Positions 25,952 through 35,822 of a stretch of 64,000 nucleotides of DNA are shown here, piece after piece. The DNA comes from Patescibacteria group bacterium (GTDB lineage: Bacteria > Patescibacteriota > Dojkabacteria > GCA-002793355). The stretch spans positions 655,462 through 719,461 of the forward strand of contig BOKM01000001.1 in the NCBI GenBank assembly GCA_016860985.1, written 5' to 3'. Both the position numbers and the translations under genes were made by a program. The notes under the pieces were generated by a model, which was given only the letters and a program-made list of their open reading frames with translations, did not search any database and was not told the DNA's origin. Every line of letters starts with the position of its first letter. The first letter of the stretch is position 1.

Positions 25952-27346
25952 ATGAATGCACCTGCTGTTTCACCACAAGAGATGCAAAAACTTTGGGATC
26001 TTGTGAAGTTCTCACTTTCAAAAAAGTTTTCACCTGAATCGTATAAAGCGTGGATCGCGCATTCTACAAAATTGCGTGGGGTTGAAGATGGCAAAATTGT
26101 TATAGCGGTAAGAAATAACCTTACGCTGCAGTGGTTGGAGAAAAACGCACGCGAGCAATTATCACTCATTTTCCGCGATGTACTTGGAGAGGGGAGTGAA
26201 TTGTCACTTGAGGTAAATCAAGAGGTTTTTGAGTCAAAATTACTTGCCAAAGATACATTACCAAAAATCGGCAATCTTCTTACACAAGCAGCAGAAACTG
26301 AGGACAAACTACATAAAGCTATTCGAGAGGCAGGTCTTAACGAAAAGTTTACGTTTGAATCATTCATCGTTGGAAACAACAATCAAATTGCACATGCAGC
26401 TGCACAAGCGGTTACCTCGAATATTGGGCAACAGTATAATCCGTTGTTTGTGTATGGAAGTGTTGGCGTTGGCAAGACTCACTTAATGCATGCAATCGGA
26501 CATGCGGTGCTCGCTCGAGATGTAACAAAGAAAATTTACTACTGTTCAAGTGAAACCTTCCTAAATGAGATGGTCGAGTCGATTCGTAGTAAAAAAACTG
26601 CAGAGTTTAGAGAAAAGTATCGCAAGCTGGATATACTTATGATCGACGATATTCAATTCATCTCGAAGTGGGAAGGCGCACAGGAAGAAATCTTCCATAC
26701 GTTCAATGTATTATCTGGCGCAAGCAAGCAAATTATCCTAGCGTCTGACCGTCCACCTGCTCAAATCCAAAACCTTGCAGACAGGCTTCGCTCTCGTTTC
26801 GAAGGCGGAATGATGATCGATATAATCCCTCCAGATTATGAGACTCGCGTTGCAATTCTTGCTAACTTCAATAAAGATCATAGTCCACCGTTGTCACTTG
26901 ATTGTCTCGAAGCCATCGCTTCTTTGGTCGAAGATAATATCCGTCAATTGATTGGTGCCTACAATAAGGTTTACACGTATGCAACCGTAACGAATACTCA
27001 GATGGATAGAGTAACTGTTGAAAAAATTATTGGTGTCGACCAAGAGGCGGCACGCAAAAAAGTAGATGTCGAAGATGTACTCATTAAGGTTGCTGATTCG
27101 TTTGGCGTCACTGTTGGTCAAATGAAGTCTTCTACCCGAACTGCTGAGGTTGCATTACCAAGGCAAATAGCCATGTATCTGATTCGTGATATACTGAATT
27201 ACCCACTTGAACGTGTTGCACGCTCGCTCAAGAGAACCGATCATACAACGGTACTGCATGCGGTCGACAAAGTAACAAAACTTATGACAAACGACCATCT
27301 GCTCCGTACTCAAATCGTAGGTATAAAAAACAGTATACTGAAGTAG
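25952..27346 (+). CDS. dnaA: Chromosomal replication initiator DnaA
   Basis: YNPLFVYG.VGVGKTHL, IDDIQF, RL.SRFEGG, RQIAMYL, DHTTVLHA. Confidence 0.96.
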   Translation: MNAPAVSPQEMQKLWDLVKFSLSKKFSPESYKAWIAHSTKLRGVEDGKIVIAVRNNLTLQWLEKNAREQLSLIFRDVLGEGSELSLEVNQEVFESKLLAKDTLPKIGNLLTQAAETEDKLHKAIREAGLNEKFTFESFIVGNNNQIAHAAAQAVTSNIGQQYNPLFVYGSVGVGKTHLMHAIGHAVLARDVTKKIYYCSSETFLNEMVESIRSKKTAEFREKYRKLDILMIDDIQFISKWEGAQEEIFHTFNVLSGASKQIILASDRPPAQIQNLADRLRSRFEGGMMIDIIPPDYETRVAILANFNKDHSPPLSLDCLEAIASLVEDNIRQLIGAYNKVYTYATVTNTQMDRVTVEKIIGVDQEAARKKVDVEDVLIKVADSFGVTVGQMKSSTRTAEVALPRQIAMYLIRDILNYPLERVARSLKRTDHTTVLHAVDKVTKLMTNDHLLRTQIVGIKNSILK

Positions 27347-29206
27347 ATGAAAAAACTGCTCACAAAACTCTTTCTATTTTTGATTATTACCTCCTTAGGA
27401 TTTATTATCTCAACCTCGGATGTGTCTGCGTATACGCTGCTCAAATCAGTTCATACTACTGTCGATGTCGTATCAGAAGAAGAGGTAATGGTTACCCAAT
27501 CTCATACGCTAACGTGGGACAACTATGCATCTTTTTTTCCAAAAGAACAAAATTACGTATATGCTTACATTACTCCCGCTTTTAAGAACCAAGTTGATGC
27601 ACTTCCAAATTCGATAAAAGATTTGACTGTTGTTGGTGGAACTCGATTCACAGAAAAAATTCCATTCACTCAGTCGATTGAGAACGGGGCAATTCAACTC
27701 AAGATACCGTATTATGACGACTTACGAAACGATACGCCTTTAACTTTCGTTGTATCGTATAAGACCGATCTCTATATTGATTTGGCCGGAGGTATGCTCG
27801 ATTTACAACTGCCTGGGTTAAGTCAGGACTTCAAATCACGCGTTTCTCATAATACTGAGGGATACACCGAAATGACGAACATCACCATCAGTGTATCGAT
27901 CCCTTCACGTTTTGGAGCAGTTTCTAGCTATTTTCCGACTACGGCCCGACAGGCAATCGACAAGAAAGGGAATACGACACTACAGTTTTCGCTCCTAGAC
28001 TTAATAGGCAAATCGATTCAGATTTCCGTGGGAAACGAAAGGTTAATTAAATTCGAATTGAAGGGAAAAACCTATCAGACGAACAATGATACTCCAGAAA
28101 TTCTCGAGGGACTTTTGAAAAATTATATTGAAGTTGTTCTCCCTTCCTCGCGGGAAGGTACCGAAAATGGCAACCAAGAGATCTTGTATTCGAAAATTGA
28201 ACCATTTCCTATTTCGCTTCGAACTGATTCCGACGGAAACGTAATCGCCCGTCTTCCTGTTTCAGCAGCCTCGTCTGGAGTCATTATGATTGAGGGATAT
28301 GCAAAGCTCAAAAATATACCATTAACAAAAGATGCCTTAAATGCTGTTAAAACAGCAATTTCTGAAGACATGAAAATTTATACAGCTGGTGAACCCGCTT
28401 ACTGGCAAACGCTGGATCCTTCAATAGTAGCAGTGGCGCAGAAAGAGATTGATAGTAGCGGCAAAATTATGAATCAGGTGCGTAAAACAATGGCGTTTGT
28501 TTCACGTTCATTGTCATATGCAGACATAAAAGAAGCTTCGTCTTTGGTTCGGTTAGGTGCCAAAGAATCGTTGGTACAAAAGGTAGGTGTGTGTATGGAG
28601 TATTCTGATTTGCTTTTAACCCTGCTGCGTTCGCAAGGAATCCCCACTAGGGCAGTTTTTGGAGATGGTGTTGGAACCCGAGTAGACAGAACACTTGAAG
28701 GTATTGGTCATCAGTGGGTCAGTGTCTGGTTACCAGGTGTTGGTTGGACTCCAATCGACCCAACGTGGAGTGACAATAATAGAGAATACGTTGGTCATGA
28801 TGTTAATCACTTCACTTGGTATGTTGCCTCCGCTTCGGTGAATGAACCGAACGGTTTTAACTGCCTGTCTTGGGATGCAACTTCGCCGTGTAAAGATGCA
28901 CTCGAAATTTCAACCACGCCGGTTGACTCAATTCCTGACGATGAGTCACTACTCACACTGTCTCAAATAGAAGCAAAAATTTCGGTAGAACCACCACAAC
29001 CTGGATGGAGGGTTGCGTTACAACGATTTGTCGATTACCTAGGTGAATCGCAGTTAGGAAGAATATTACTGAGCAAACAGGGACTCCTCATGCTTTTTGG
29101 TCTTTTTACCTATCTGATTCTTGTCAGTATCATTTCGGCAGTGAGTAAACGAATTCGCAAAAAAAAACTACAGAATGCCGCTAGTCAATTTCCTCCTACA
29201 GTGTAA
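27347..29206 (+). CDS. Membrane-anchored transglutaminase-like cysteine protease
   Basis: Signal/TM N-terminus, GVCMEYS / GHQWV / DPTW Cys-His-Asp triad, C-terminal TM; ATG abuts the dnaA stop. Confidence 0.87.
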   Translation: MKKLLTKLFLFLIITSLGFIISTSDVSAYTLLKSVHTTVDVVSEEEVMVTQSHTLTWDNYASFFPKEQNYVYAYITPAFKNQVDALPNSIKDLTVVGGTRFTEKIPFTQSIENGAIQLKIPYYDDLRNDTPLTFVVSYKTDLYIDLAGGMLDLQLPGLSQDFKSRVSHNTEGYTEMTNITISVSIPSRFGAVSSYFPTTARQAIDKKGNTTLQFSLLDLIGKSIQISVGNERLIKFELKGKTYQTNNDTPEILEGLLKNYIEVVLPSSREGTENGNQEILYSKIEPFPISLRTDSDGNVIARLPVSAASSGVIMIEGYAKLKNIPLTKDALNAVKTAISEDMKIYTAGEPAYWQTLDPSIVAVAQKEIDSSGKIMNQVRKTMAFVSRSLSYADIKEASSLVRLGAKESLVQKVGVCMEYSDLLLTLLRSQGIPTRAVFGDGVGTRVDRTLEGIGHQWVSVWLPGVGWTPIDPTWSDNNREYVGHDVNHFTWYVASASVNEPNGFNCLSWDATSPCKDALEISTTPVDSIPDDESLLTLSQIEAKISVEPPQPGWRVALQRFVDYLGESQLGRILLSKQGLLMLFGLFTYLILVSIISAVSKRIRKKKLQNAASQFPPTV

Positions 29207-30725
29207 TTACTCCAGATTGTGAAAGATATTGTTTTGCTGCGTTGAGTAACTCGTCTTTACCATTCAAATTTGGATTTTCGAGCACAAGATCAAGTAGGTG
29301 AGTGAGGGTTTTTCCTATGTCAGGTCCAGGAGGGAGTTTAAAATACTCCATCAATTCATTTCCATCGATTGCTAAATCAGAAATTTTAAGTGCGTTATCT
29401 TCTGCTAATACCTTTGAGATTCGGGCCTGAAGTGCCACAATTTCTTCTGGTGACCACATGCTTCCGGGTTCGCTTGTTGCATCCGCGATGCGAAGAGCAA
29501 ACAAATCCTCAATATTTTCAATACCAACTCGCTTAATAAATCTTCGTACCGCTCCATCAGACCAGAACTTTACTTCTTTTACATCTTCGGAGTGGGCTGG
29601 TGCATTTTGTTGTGCCGCAGCACTTTCATCTTGCCCGTTTTGGAGTGCTTTTATTTCTGCTTCAGTATAGGGGTAGTAAAACATATGCCATCGAACGAGA
29701 TTGGCAACATTTTTTATCTCGAGATTAGAAAAACGCAAGCGCTTCATTACCTGTTCTGCAAGGTCGGCCCCTTTCTGATCATGACCATAGAAATGTCCGT
29801 CATTTGTCGCTGTTTCGGGTTTGGCGATGTCGTGGAACAATGCTGCAAGTTTCACGCGGTCAGGTGCTAAATCAATAGTTCGGAGAGTATGATGGTAGAC
29901 ATCAAAAGCGTGCCCAATGTCTTGTTTTATGCCGTAAGTCTGGACTAATTCTGGGAGGAAAAGATTTAACAGCCCGCTTTCTCTTAAAAGCTCAATTCCA
30001 ATAGAAGGGCGGGGAGACTTGTAGAGCAGTTTTAAAAATTCATCTCTTATTCTTTCGGCTGAAACCATTTGGGAAACGTTCAGGCATTTTTTTATCGCCT
30101 CGAAGGTCTGAGTTTCAATTGTAAATCCAAGTTGCGAGGCAAAACGGCATGCGCGATAAGGGCGCAATCCATCTTCGGTAAATCGAGATATTGGGTCTCC
30201 GACCGTTCTAACCATTTTTTGTGCAAGATCGCCCTGTCCGTTGTAGTAATCGAGAAGTGTGAATTCGTAGGTGTGCTTATGCGTAAGCGTAAATTCGTCA
30301 GTAGCGAGCGGGTGCTCAAGGTATACTATGCCGTGTTCAGAAAGGTCTAGTGCCATTGCATTGATAGTAAAATCTCTTCTTTGCAGGTCTTCTTCCAGGT
30401 TGCGAACAAATGTGACTTTTGAGGGCCAGCGGCCTTGTAGGTAATCCTCTTCGTTTCTCAGTGTGGTGACTTCTACAGTAAAATTCTCTCCGTTAGTATC
30501 TTGTTGAACTGCGACTACAGTGCCAAATTGAGCGCCTACTGCAATAGATTTTGGAAATAGCTCGATGAGTGTGTCAGGGAGTGCGTCGGTTGCGATATCA
30601 TAGTCGTGTGGCTCAATGCCAAGTAATGTATCTCGAATTGCTCCTGCAACAAGATACGCCTTGTAACCTTCTTTTACCAAGATTCGTGCAACGGAAACGA
30701 CATAGTGTGGTATTTCTATTTGCAT
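29196..30725 (-). CDS. cca: Class II tRNA nucleotidyltransferase (CCA-adding enzyme) with HD domain
   Basis: GAIRD..DYDIAT, RRDFTINA, EDGLR templating motif, FHDIAK HD domain. Confidence 0.9.
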   Translation of the reverse strand: MQIEIPHYVVSVARILVKEGYKAYLVAGAIRDTLLGIEPHDYDIATDALPDTLIELFPKSIAVGAQFGTVVAVQQDTNGENFTVEVTTLRNEEDYLQGRWPSKVTFVRNLEEDLQRRDFTINAMALDLSEHGIVYLEHPLATDEFTLTHKHTYEFTLLDYYNGQGDLAQKMVRTVGDPISRFTEDGLRPYRACRFASQLGFTIETQTFEAIKKCLNVSQMVSAERIRDEFLKLLYKSPRPSIGIELLRESGLLNLFLPELVQTYGIKQDIGHAFDVYHHTLRTIDLAPDRVKLAALFHDIAKPETATNDGHFYGHDQKGADLAEQVMKRLRFSNLEIKNVANLVRWHMFYYPYTEAEIKALQNGQDESAAAQQNAPAHSEDVKEVKFWSDGAVRRFIKRVGIENIEDLFALRIADATSEPGSMWSPEEIVALQARISKVLAEDNALKISDLAIDGNELMEYFKLPPGPDIGKTLTHLLDLVLENPNLNGKDELLNAAKQYLSQSGVITL

Positions 30726-30743
30726 GGCCGAGTATAGCAGTCT

Positions 30744-30863
30744 CTATAAAAACAAGCGAGAAAGGTCAACCCCAAAAAAGACACTGATGATAAAGGTTAT
30801 GACCGCAAGAAGAAAAAGGACAAGGGAAACTATAACTGCTGGCCCCTGTAAATTTGTTTGCAT
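30744..30863 (-). CDS. Unannotated 39-aa single-TM protein (MQTNLQGPAVIVSLVLFLLAVITFIISVFFGVDLSRLFL)
   Basis: TATAAT (30870-75, minus strand) 6 nt before ATG; about 22 hydrophobic residues; fills the cca-rpsT gap. Confidence 0.68.
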   Translation of the reverse strand: MQTNLQGPAVIVSLVLFLLAVITFIISVFFGVDLSRLFL

Positions 30864-30960
30864 TACATTATTATAGGTGCAAAAAAGGAATTAGTAAATT
30901 GCGGAAGTAAAGATGCCTCCTGTTGCTTGAATAACTAGCTCACTGTGCTATAATTCCACC

Positions 30961-31221
30961 ATGCCAAATCTGACAAATGCAAAAAAAGCAGTGCGAAAAG
31001 CAGACGCACGAACAACTAAGAACCGACAGGTGAAAGATCGAATTACCCGATGGTTAAAAAAAGTTACTCTCGCAGTTACTGCAAAAAACAAAGAAGAAGC
31101 AGTCAAGGCGTTTTCGTTCTTGACCAAACTTTTGGATAAAGCAGCAAAAGAAAAGGTTATCGAACCAAACAAAGCGGCACGTCAAAAATCACGTGTACAA
31201 ACCAAAATCAATGCTCTATAA
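30961..31221 (+). CDS. rpsT: 30S ribosomal protein S20
   Basis: MPN...AKK..R...N, LDKAAK..VI..NKAAR.KSR. Confidence 0.95.
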   Translation: MPNLTNAKKAVRKADARTTKNRQVKDRITRWLKKVTLAVTAKNKEEAVKAFSFLTKLLDKAAKEKVIEPNKAARQKSRVQTKINAL

Positions 31222-31227
31222 TAGAGC

Positions 31228-33390
31228 ATGAGGCAGAGTATACAGCGTAGAAAGTTTAAACGATTTCTTCCTCCAATCGTGTCCATATTGGTTTTATCTG
31301 TTGCCTTTATTTCTGGTATTCGAGTTCTTCCTACATTCTCTTTGTTTTTGGACAACAGTCCTAAGCAACAGTACTTTGCCGAATCAGAGAGTAAGCTAGT
31401 TCTCCAAAAAGCAGCTCCAGAAAAGAAAAAGATTACCCTGAATCCCTCTGTTCTTGCTGAGACAACTGGTAGTGGAAAATGTGGGCAAGCATGGACTTGG
31501 CCTTGCGATGATTCTAAAAAGCGGGGGTATCTTGTAAATGGAAAAAAGTTAGATGAAGCGGGAAATACAATATATTTTGAAAACGTACTCTTAAAAAAGC
31601 AACCTCATGGTCTAGAAATTGGTGGTGGTGTAAGTACCTCTACCACTGTAGTGGTAGATGCAGGGGACCCCGATGATCCTCGAGATGACGTAAAAAAGAA
31701 AATTGGTTTTTGTTTGACTGATGGAGTTCAGTACGAGTCCCTTGCCATTATTGCATTATCTCAGCCACTTTTACCAAAAACAATTCAAGGCCTAGGTTTA
31801 AGCATTAAACCAATTAATGACAAGGGTGACCAGTTTGCCGGAATTGATCTCAAATGGCTATCAACGCTTAAGCCAGAGCAATTTGAAAAGCTGTTCTGCT
31901 CGCTTGCAGGAGATTACTCGGAGTATACTCTCCGCTCAATGGACATATATGGCATTATTCCTTCCTCAAACCAACTCGGCATGGACTGGACTTCGTTTAT
32001 CAATATGAAATGTAACGGAAGAAGACCAGGAGAATCTAGTGCCGAATTTGCAAAAACATGGGAGCAGGATGAGGACAGAGATACAACAACATTCAAAGTC
32101 CTTGTTGAAAATAACGAGTTCCATAATGAAGTGGATGAGCATTTTCGGCCGAAAATGCTCAAAGACGGACTTAGCGGTATTATTGCTCCGGGTGTTGGAT
32201 ATATAGGAGGGCTTGCGTTCCAGCCAAAATCACAAGACACGTATTTGGCAAAATTGGCTGGTTCAGCCATTACATCACAAAGTCTTGCCGGAGCGATTAA
32301 TGCAGCCCCAAGAAAAACGGCAAAAGACTTAATTGAAAATGCTACTGGAATTGATCAGAAATCGCCTGATTCCTATAGCTCAACTATGTTATCTGTTGGG
32401 GCAGAAATGCTCGAAGATAAACTAGACCCAGTAACAAAAAAAATTCTCCCTGGTGGTGCCTACCAAGATGAATATGAAAAAGCTACTGTCGAATCAGCTA
32501 TTTTTGGAGGGATATACTATATTCCTGATTCTGAAGTAGAAAAAGGAGGTAATCCGAGCATGCTCTCGTATGATACCAAAAAGCTCGATCCTTCCATGTA
32601 TTTGTGCGACGAACAGTCTGGAAATAACAGTTGTCCGATCATTCGTGCTACTTCAGGTTGTTCGGGACTGTTTCAGGCAAAAGTAGCAATTAGATTACGC
32701 CAAATAATTCTCTCTGCGGTAAATGATACCGATAGCTACGCAGGAACTACTGGAGATCAAGGGTCGAATGATGAAGTAGCTCGATCTTATACTCGATCCG
32801 GCGACTTTTTTGAGGGTGCCTTTAGGAAACCTGAACCTTATATTGAAAAGGCAACAACAGATGAACTGATTGTTCTTACAGGGAGAGGAACCCCTAAGTG
32901 TATGGAATATGCGACTGCTCGTGTGGAAGCCCAAGGTTCAACAAAACTTACCGAAGAAGATCAAGAAAGAATTCAAAAAGCAGCAGAGTCTCCTAACTAT
33001 ACGAAACAGGCTTTTCTTGTATCCCCGATCAATGTGAAATACCGAACTTGGGCAAATTACAAACGCGACCTCGGTATACTTGCGCAGTGGGAAATAACAA
33101 AGGCAATTTTTGGACCTGATCCCGAATGGGCTTCAGACGAAGTTTCAGGAGAAAAAATTAAACCTGCATTGATTTCATTTAAAGCAGACACGTTATATCG
33201 AGGGCAGGGTGGAACCGTGGTTGGGGATCCTTACTCTCTGGAAGTTCAAAAAAATATCAACGCCTTCTTAAAGAAAAACAAAATTGAGGTAATGACCGAT
33301 GCACATATAGATTGTGCCACCGGCCCTTATGGTACAGCGGAGTATTGGCTCTGCTCAGACTCCGCAAACATTCTTCCCAAATGTCAGTAG
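31228..33390 (+). CDS. Hypothetical exported Cys-containing protein (720 aa)
   Basis: Long ORF, basic N-terminus plus TM helix, 12 Cys; no family recognised. Confidence 0.75.
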   Translation: MRQSIQRRKFKRFLPPIVSILVLSVAFISGIRVLPTFSLFLDNSPKQQYFAESESKLVLQKAAPEKKKITLNPSVLAETTGSGKCGQAWTWPCDDSKKRGYLVNGKKLDEAGNTIYFENVLLKKQPHGLEIGGGVSTSTTVVVDAGDPDDPRDDVKKKIGFCLTDGVQYESLAIIALSQPLLPKTIQGLGLSIKPINDKGDQFAGIDLKWLSTLKPEQFEKLFCSLAGDYSEYTLRSMDIYGIIPSSNQLGMDWTSFINMKCNGRRPGESSAEFAKTWEQDEDRDTTTFKVLVENNEFHNEVDEHFRPKMLKDGLSGIIAPGVGYIGGLAFQPKSQDTYLAKLAGSAITSQSLAGAINAAPRKTAKDLIENATGIDQKSPDSYSSTMLSVGAEMLEDKLDPVTKKILPGGAYQDEYEKATVESAIFGGIYYIPDSEVEKGGNPSMLSYDTKKLDPSMYLCDEQSGNNSCPIIRATSGCSGLFQAKVAIRLRQIILSAVNDTDSYAGTTGDQGSNDEVARSYTRSGDFFEGAFRKPEPYIEKATTDELIVLTGRGTPKCMEYATARVEAQGSTKLTEEDQERIQKAAESPNYTKQAFLVSPINVKYRTWANYKRDLGILAQWEITKAIFGPDPEWASDEVSGEKIKPALISFKADTLYRGQGGTVVGDPYSLEVQKNINAFLKKNKIEVMTDAHIDCATGPYGTAEYWLCSDSANILPKCQ

Positions 33391-34634
33391 ACCAAATAAT
33401 GGTCAAAACTTCCGAGTATAAGCACAATTAGTACAAGCGCGACATGCTGCCATGTATGCAGTAATTGCCAATTCTTTTTCCAGACGTACCAAAGTCCACC
33501 GACGAGTGTTGTAGTGAGTGGAAGGCCTAATTCTACAAGCAGGAGCAGTAATATATTGTGTGGCGGCTCAGCAAGTATCTGATTACCCCAAATAACTGTC
33601 TGAGTAAGGTCTTTTGCATGGAAAAGTAAAGTAGGAATGCTCATGGTAAACCCTGTGCCGGTTAAGAGAAAATGCGGAAATTTTTGGAGTAATTCTAAAT
33701 ACAACGACTGAATCGTTACTCTTGAATCAACAAAAGTAGCGCTGGTCTCCGGAAATAGAGAAGTAACTGCGATTGCCATGCTGAGAAGTAATGGTATTGC
33801 CCAATAATATAGTTTTGGTATAGTGATTTTCTCTAATCGATTTCTTAGTAAGTATGCAAAGAACAAAGCGATAAATGCCAGTAATCCAGTTTTAGACAGC
33901 GTTCCAAGAAGTAGCACCAAACTCGCAAGTCCGAAAAAAAGCTTGTTCACTTTTGGTGCGGTAAGAGACAGTACTATAAAATTCCAAAATACGATTATTC
34001 CAGCAAGAATATTGGGATGTGGAGTAGTGCCATACAGTCGAGTGTATTCAAAAATCCCAATTATTGATTTGCTCGTGAATACAGTCGGTTGCCCAAGCCA
34101 TGCAAAAAAGGATGGTTCGAAAGGTCCATTGCTAAAGAACTGAAGAATTCCAAAAAATATCTGGAATCCTAAAGAGAGGGAGAACACTTTGAGTACCGTT
34201 TTGTGCAAGGAAATATCTGAAGCAAGAATCGTTTTAGTGGTAATAAAAAATGCGCTTGTGGAAGTAAAGAAAGCAGCTAAATGGAAAAAGGATGCAATAA
34301 ACAAGGGAGAAAATGAGGTGCCAATTCCTCTAGATAGCTCGTAAATCGGTCGTATTGCTACTATTGACACCAGTGTCAATATGGACAAAAAAACGTACAA
34401 TTCTTTTTGAGATTTTTTCTTCAATAAGTAAACGACACAGACCCCAAGCGCAAGAATCAATGTGAGCGTAATTCTAATATGGAGGTAATTAATGTATTTG
34501 CCCAGTAAGTAGGCGTGGGAATCGGCGATAATTTCTCCAATGAATAATGGAAGTGAGGATATAAAAAGAAGGCTTACTCCTTCTAGTGGGTACTTTTTTA
34601 TGTAGTTTTTAAGCTGCTGGAGTTGTGTCTGCAT
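33384..34634 (-). CDS. O-antigen ligase (Wzy_C)-like polytopic membrane protein
   Basis: Many TM helices, RLYGT.PHPN.LAG, TLSK, TGTG, PHN motif; start placed at MQTQL (34634) to avoid a long overlap with jag. Confidence 0.8.
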   Translation of the reverse strand: MQTQLQQLKNYIKKYPLEGVSLLFISSLPLFIGEIIADSHAYLLGKYINYLHIRITLTLILALGVCVVYLLKKKSQKELYVFLSILTLVSIVAIRPIYELSRGIGTSFSPLFIASFFHLAAFFTSTSAFFITTKTILASDISLHKTVLKVFSLSLGFQIFFGILQFFSNGPFEPSFFAWLGQPTVFTSKSIIGIFEYTRLYGTTPHPNILAGIIVFWNFIVLSLTAPKVNKLFFGLASLVLLLGTLSKTGLLAFIALFFAYLLRNRLEKITIPKLYYWAIPLLLSMAIAVTSLFPETSATFVDSRVTIQSLYLELLQKFPHFLLTGTGFTMSIPTLLFHAKDLTQTVIWGNQILAEPPHNILLLLLVELGLPLTTTLVGGLWYVWKKNWQLLHTWQHVALVLIVLILGSFDHYLVY

Positions 34635-35106
34635 GGCCAGGATAAATGATGACTCGTCTATCCATTCCTTCGCCTTTGCTTTCTGTACGAACTTCTTTGT
34701 GCTTTTCTGCCTCCAAGTGAACGACTCTGCGGAGTCGTGGTGGCATTGGTTTGAATTCGTATGGTTCATCAAGGAGTTTTACTTCTTCGACTGCTTGGGT
34801 GACCATTTCACGGATTTTATCGTTCTGTTTTTCGAAGTAATCACCAATATCTACAAAAAGTGCAATTCGCTTATCTGCAGGAAAAATTCTTTTAAGGTAG
34901 GAAACGGTCATTTGGTGAAGTGCCTGAAGGTTCTTGCCGTGATATCCGATGAGTAAGTCCATGTCTTGGCCTTTAATAAGAACCTGCATGTTCGTTTTTT
35001 CTGCATCATCTTCGCTAGTGACTTCGATTGATTCTGGCGTGTAGCCAACTGCCGAGATAATGTGGGAGATAAACTCCTTTACTTTGTTGTTATATTCGTC
35101 GTTCAT
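34609..35106 (-). CDS. jag: Jag/EloR (KhpB)-like KH + R3H RNA-binding protein, lacking the Jag_N domain
   Basis: LLIGYHGKNLQALH (KH), PM..RRVVH (R3H), TES.GEG..RRV. Confidence 0.9.
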   Translation of the reverse strand: MNDEYNNKVKEFISHIISAVGYTPESIEVTSEDDAEKTNMQVLIKGQDMDLLIGYHGKNLQALHQMTVSYLKRIFPADKRIALFVDIGDYFEKQNDKIREMVTQAVEEVKLLDEPYEFKPMPPRLRRVVHLEAEKHKEVRTESKGEGMDRRVIIYPGHADTTPAA

Positions 35107-35182
35107 ATTGCCGTATTATACGAAGTGAATGCACGAAAGTAAAGGCAAGAAATTTCTTTGAATAGGGGAGGGAAAACGGACG

Positions 35183-35233
35183 AACGAAGGCAGACACTAG
35201 CAAAAATTGCATAGCATGGCGTCTGCCTTCGTT
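35183..35233. repeat. 13-bp inverted repeat / hairpin, probable terminator of the 35255..35692 gene
   Basis: AACGAAGGCAGAC (35183-95) / GTCTGCCTTCGTT (35221-33), 25-nt loop. Confidence 0.6.
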
Positions 35234-35254
35234 TTGTCTGAATGCTTGAGGGGG

Positions 35255-35692
35255 TTAGGGACCGTTTTCACGAAGCCTGTTGAGACCCTCTTTGAGCGGT
35301 TTGAAGATGTTTTTGGACAGCCAGTTTGAGATTGAACTCAGTTTGCCAAACAGCCATTCACCAACATCGATGAAGTTGATTCCAAGAAGTATCCAAGCGA
35401 AGACCCTGCCGAGTATGATTAACGCGGAATTGCTCGGGTCATTTGGATATTTCAGAACCGTACCCCATACGATGAGGATAAAGAGCGTCGGCACGAACTG
35501 GCCTGCCCTGATTGCCGCTGAGGTCTCTGCGAAGAGCGAGACGAGAATAGCGGTGACAATCAGAACTGACATCAAGTCGCTACCGCTCGGAGAGAGGATT
35601 TCAACGAAGTGCTTACCTACCTGGTAGGCACCCCAAATCCCCAAAGCATCCGACAGGTACTGCAAGAAAGTCTTTTGTTTTTTGACTTCCAT
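35255..35692 (-). CDS. Hypothetical 145-aa polytopic membrane protein
   Basis: Strong SD (AAAGGAGG) 6 nt before ATG; TATAAT upstream; 3-4 hydrophobic segments. Confidence 0.75.
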   Translation of the reverse strand: MEVKKQKTFLQYLSDALGIWGAYQVGKHFVEILSPSGSDLMSVLIVTAILVSLFAETSAAIRAGQFVPTLFILIVWGTVLKYPNDPSNSALIILGRVFAWILLGINFIDVGEWLFGKLSSISNWLSKNIFKPLKEGLNRLRENGP

Positions 35693-35822
35693 TTTTGCCT
35701 CCTTTCTAGTTAGCAGGTTTGCAGACCTATAGTATTATACCACTTTTCCCCTTTGTCAACCATATCTCCGTGCAAAACTGTCACTTTGTTGTACAACTGC
35801 ATTTCTTGACGTATACTAGAAG

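Noticed and set aside
34635-34772. Long dual-coding overlap between jag and the O-antigen-ligase-like ORF
   Set aside because: The N-terminal extension looks non-coding; a start at 34634 leaves only a 26-nt overlap.
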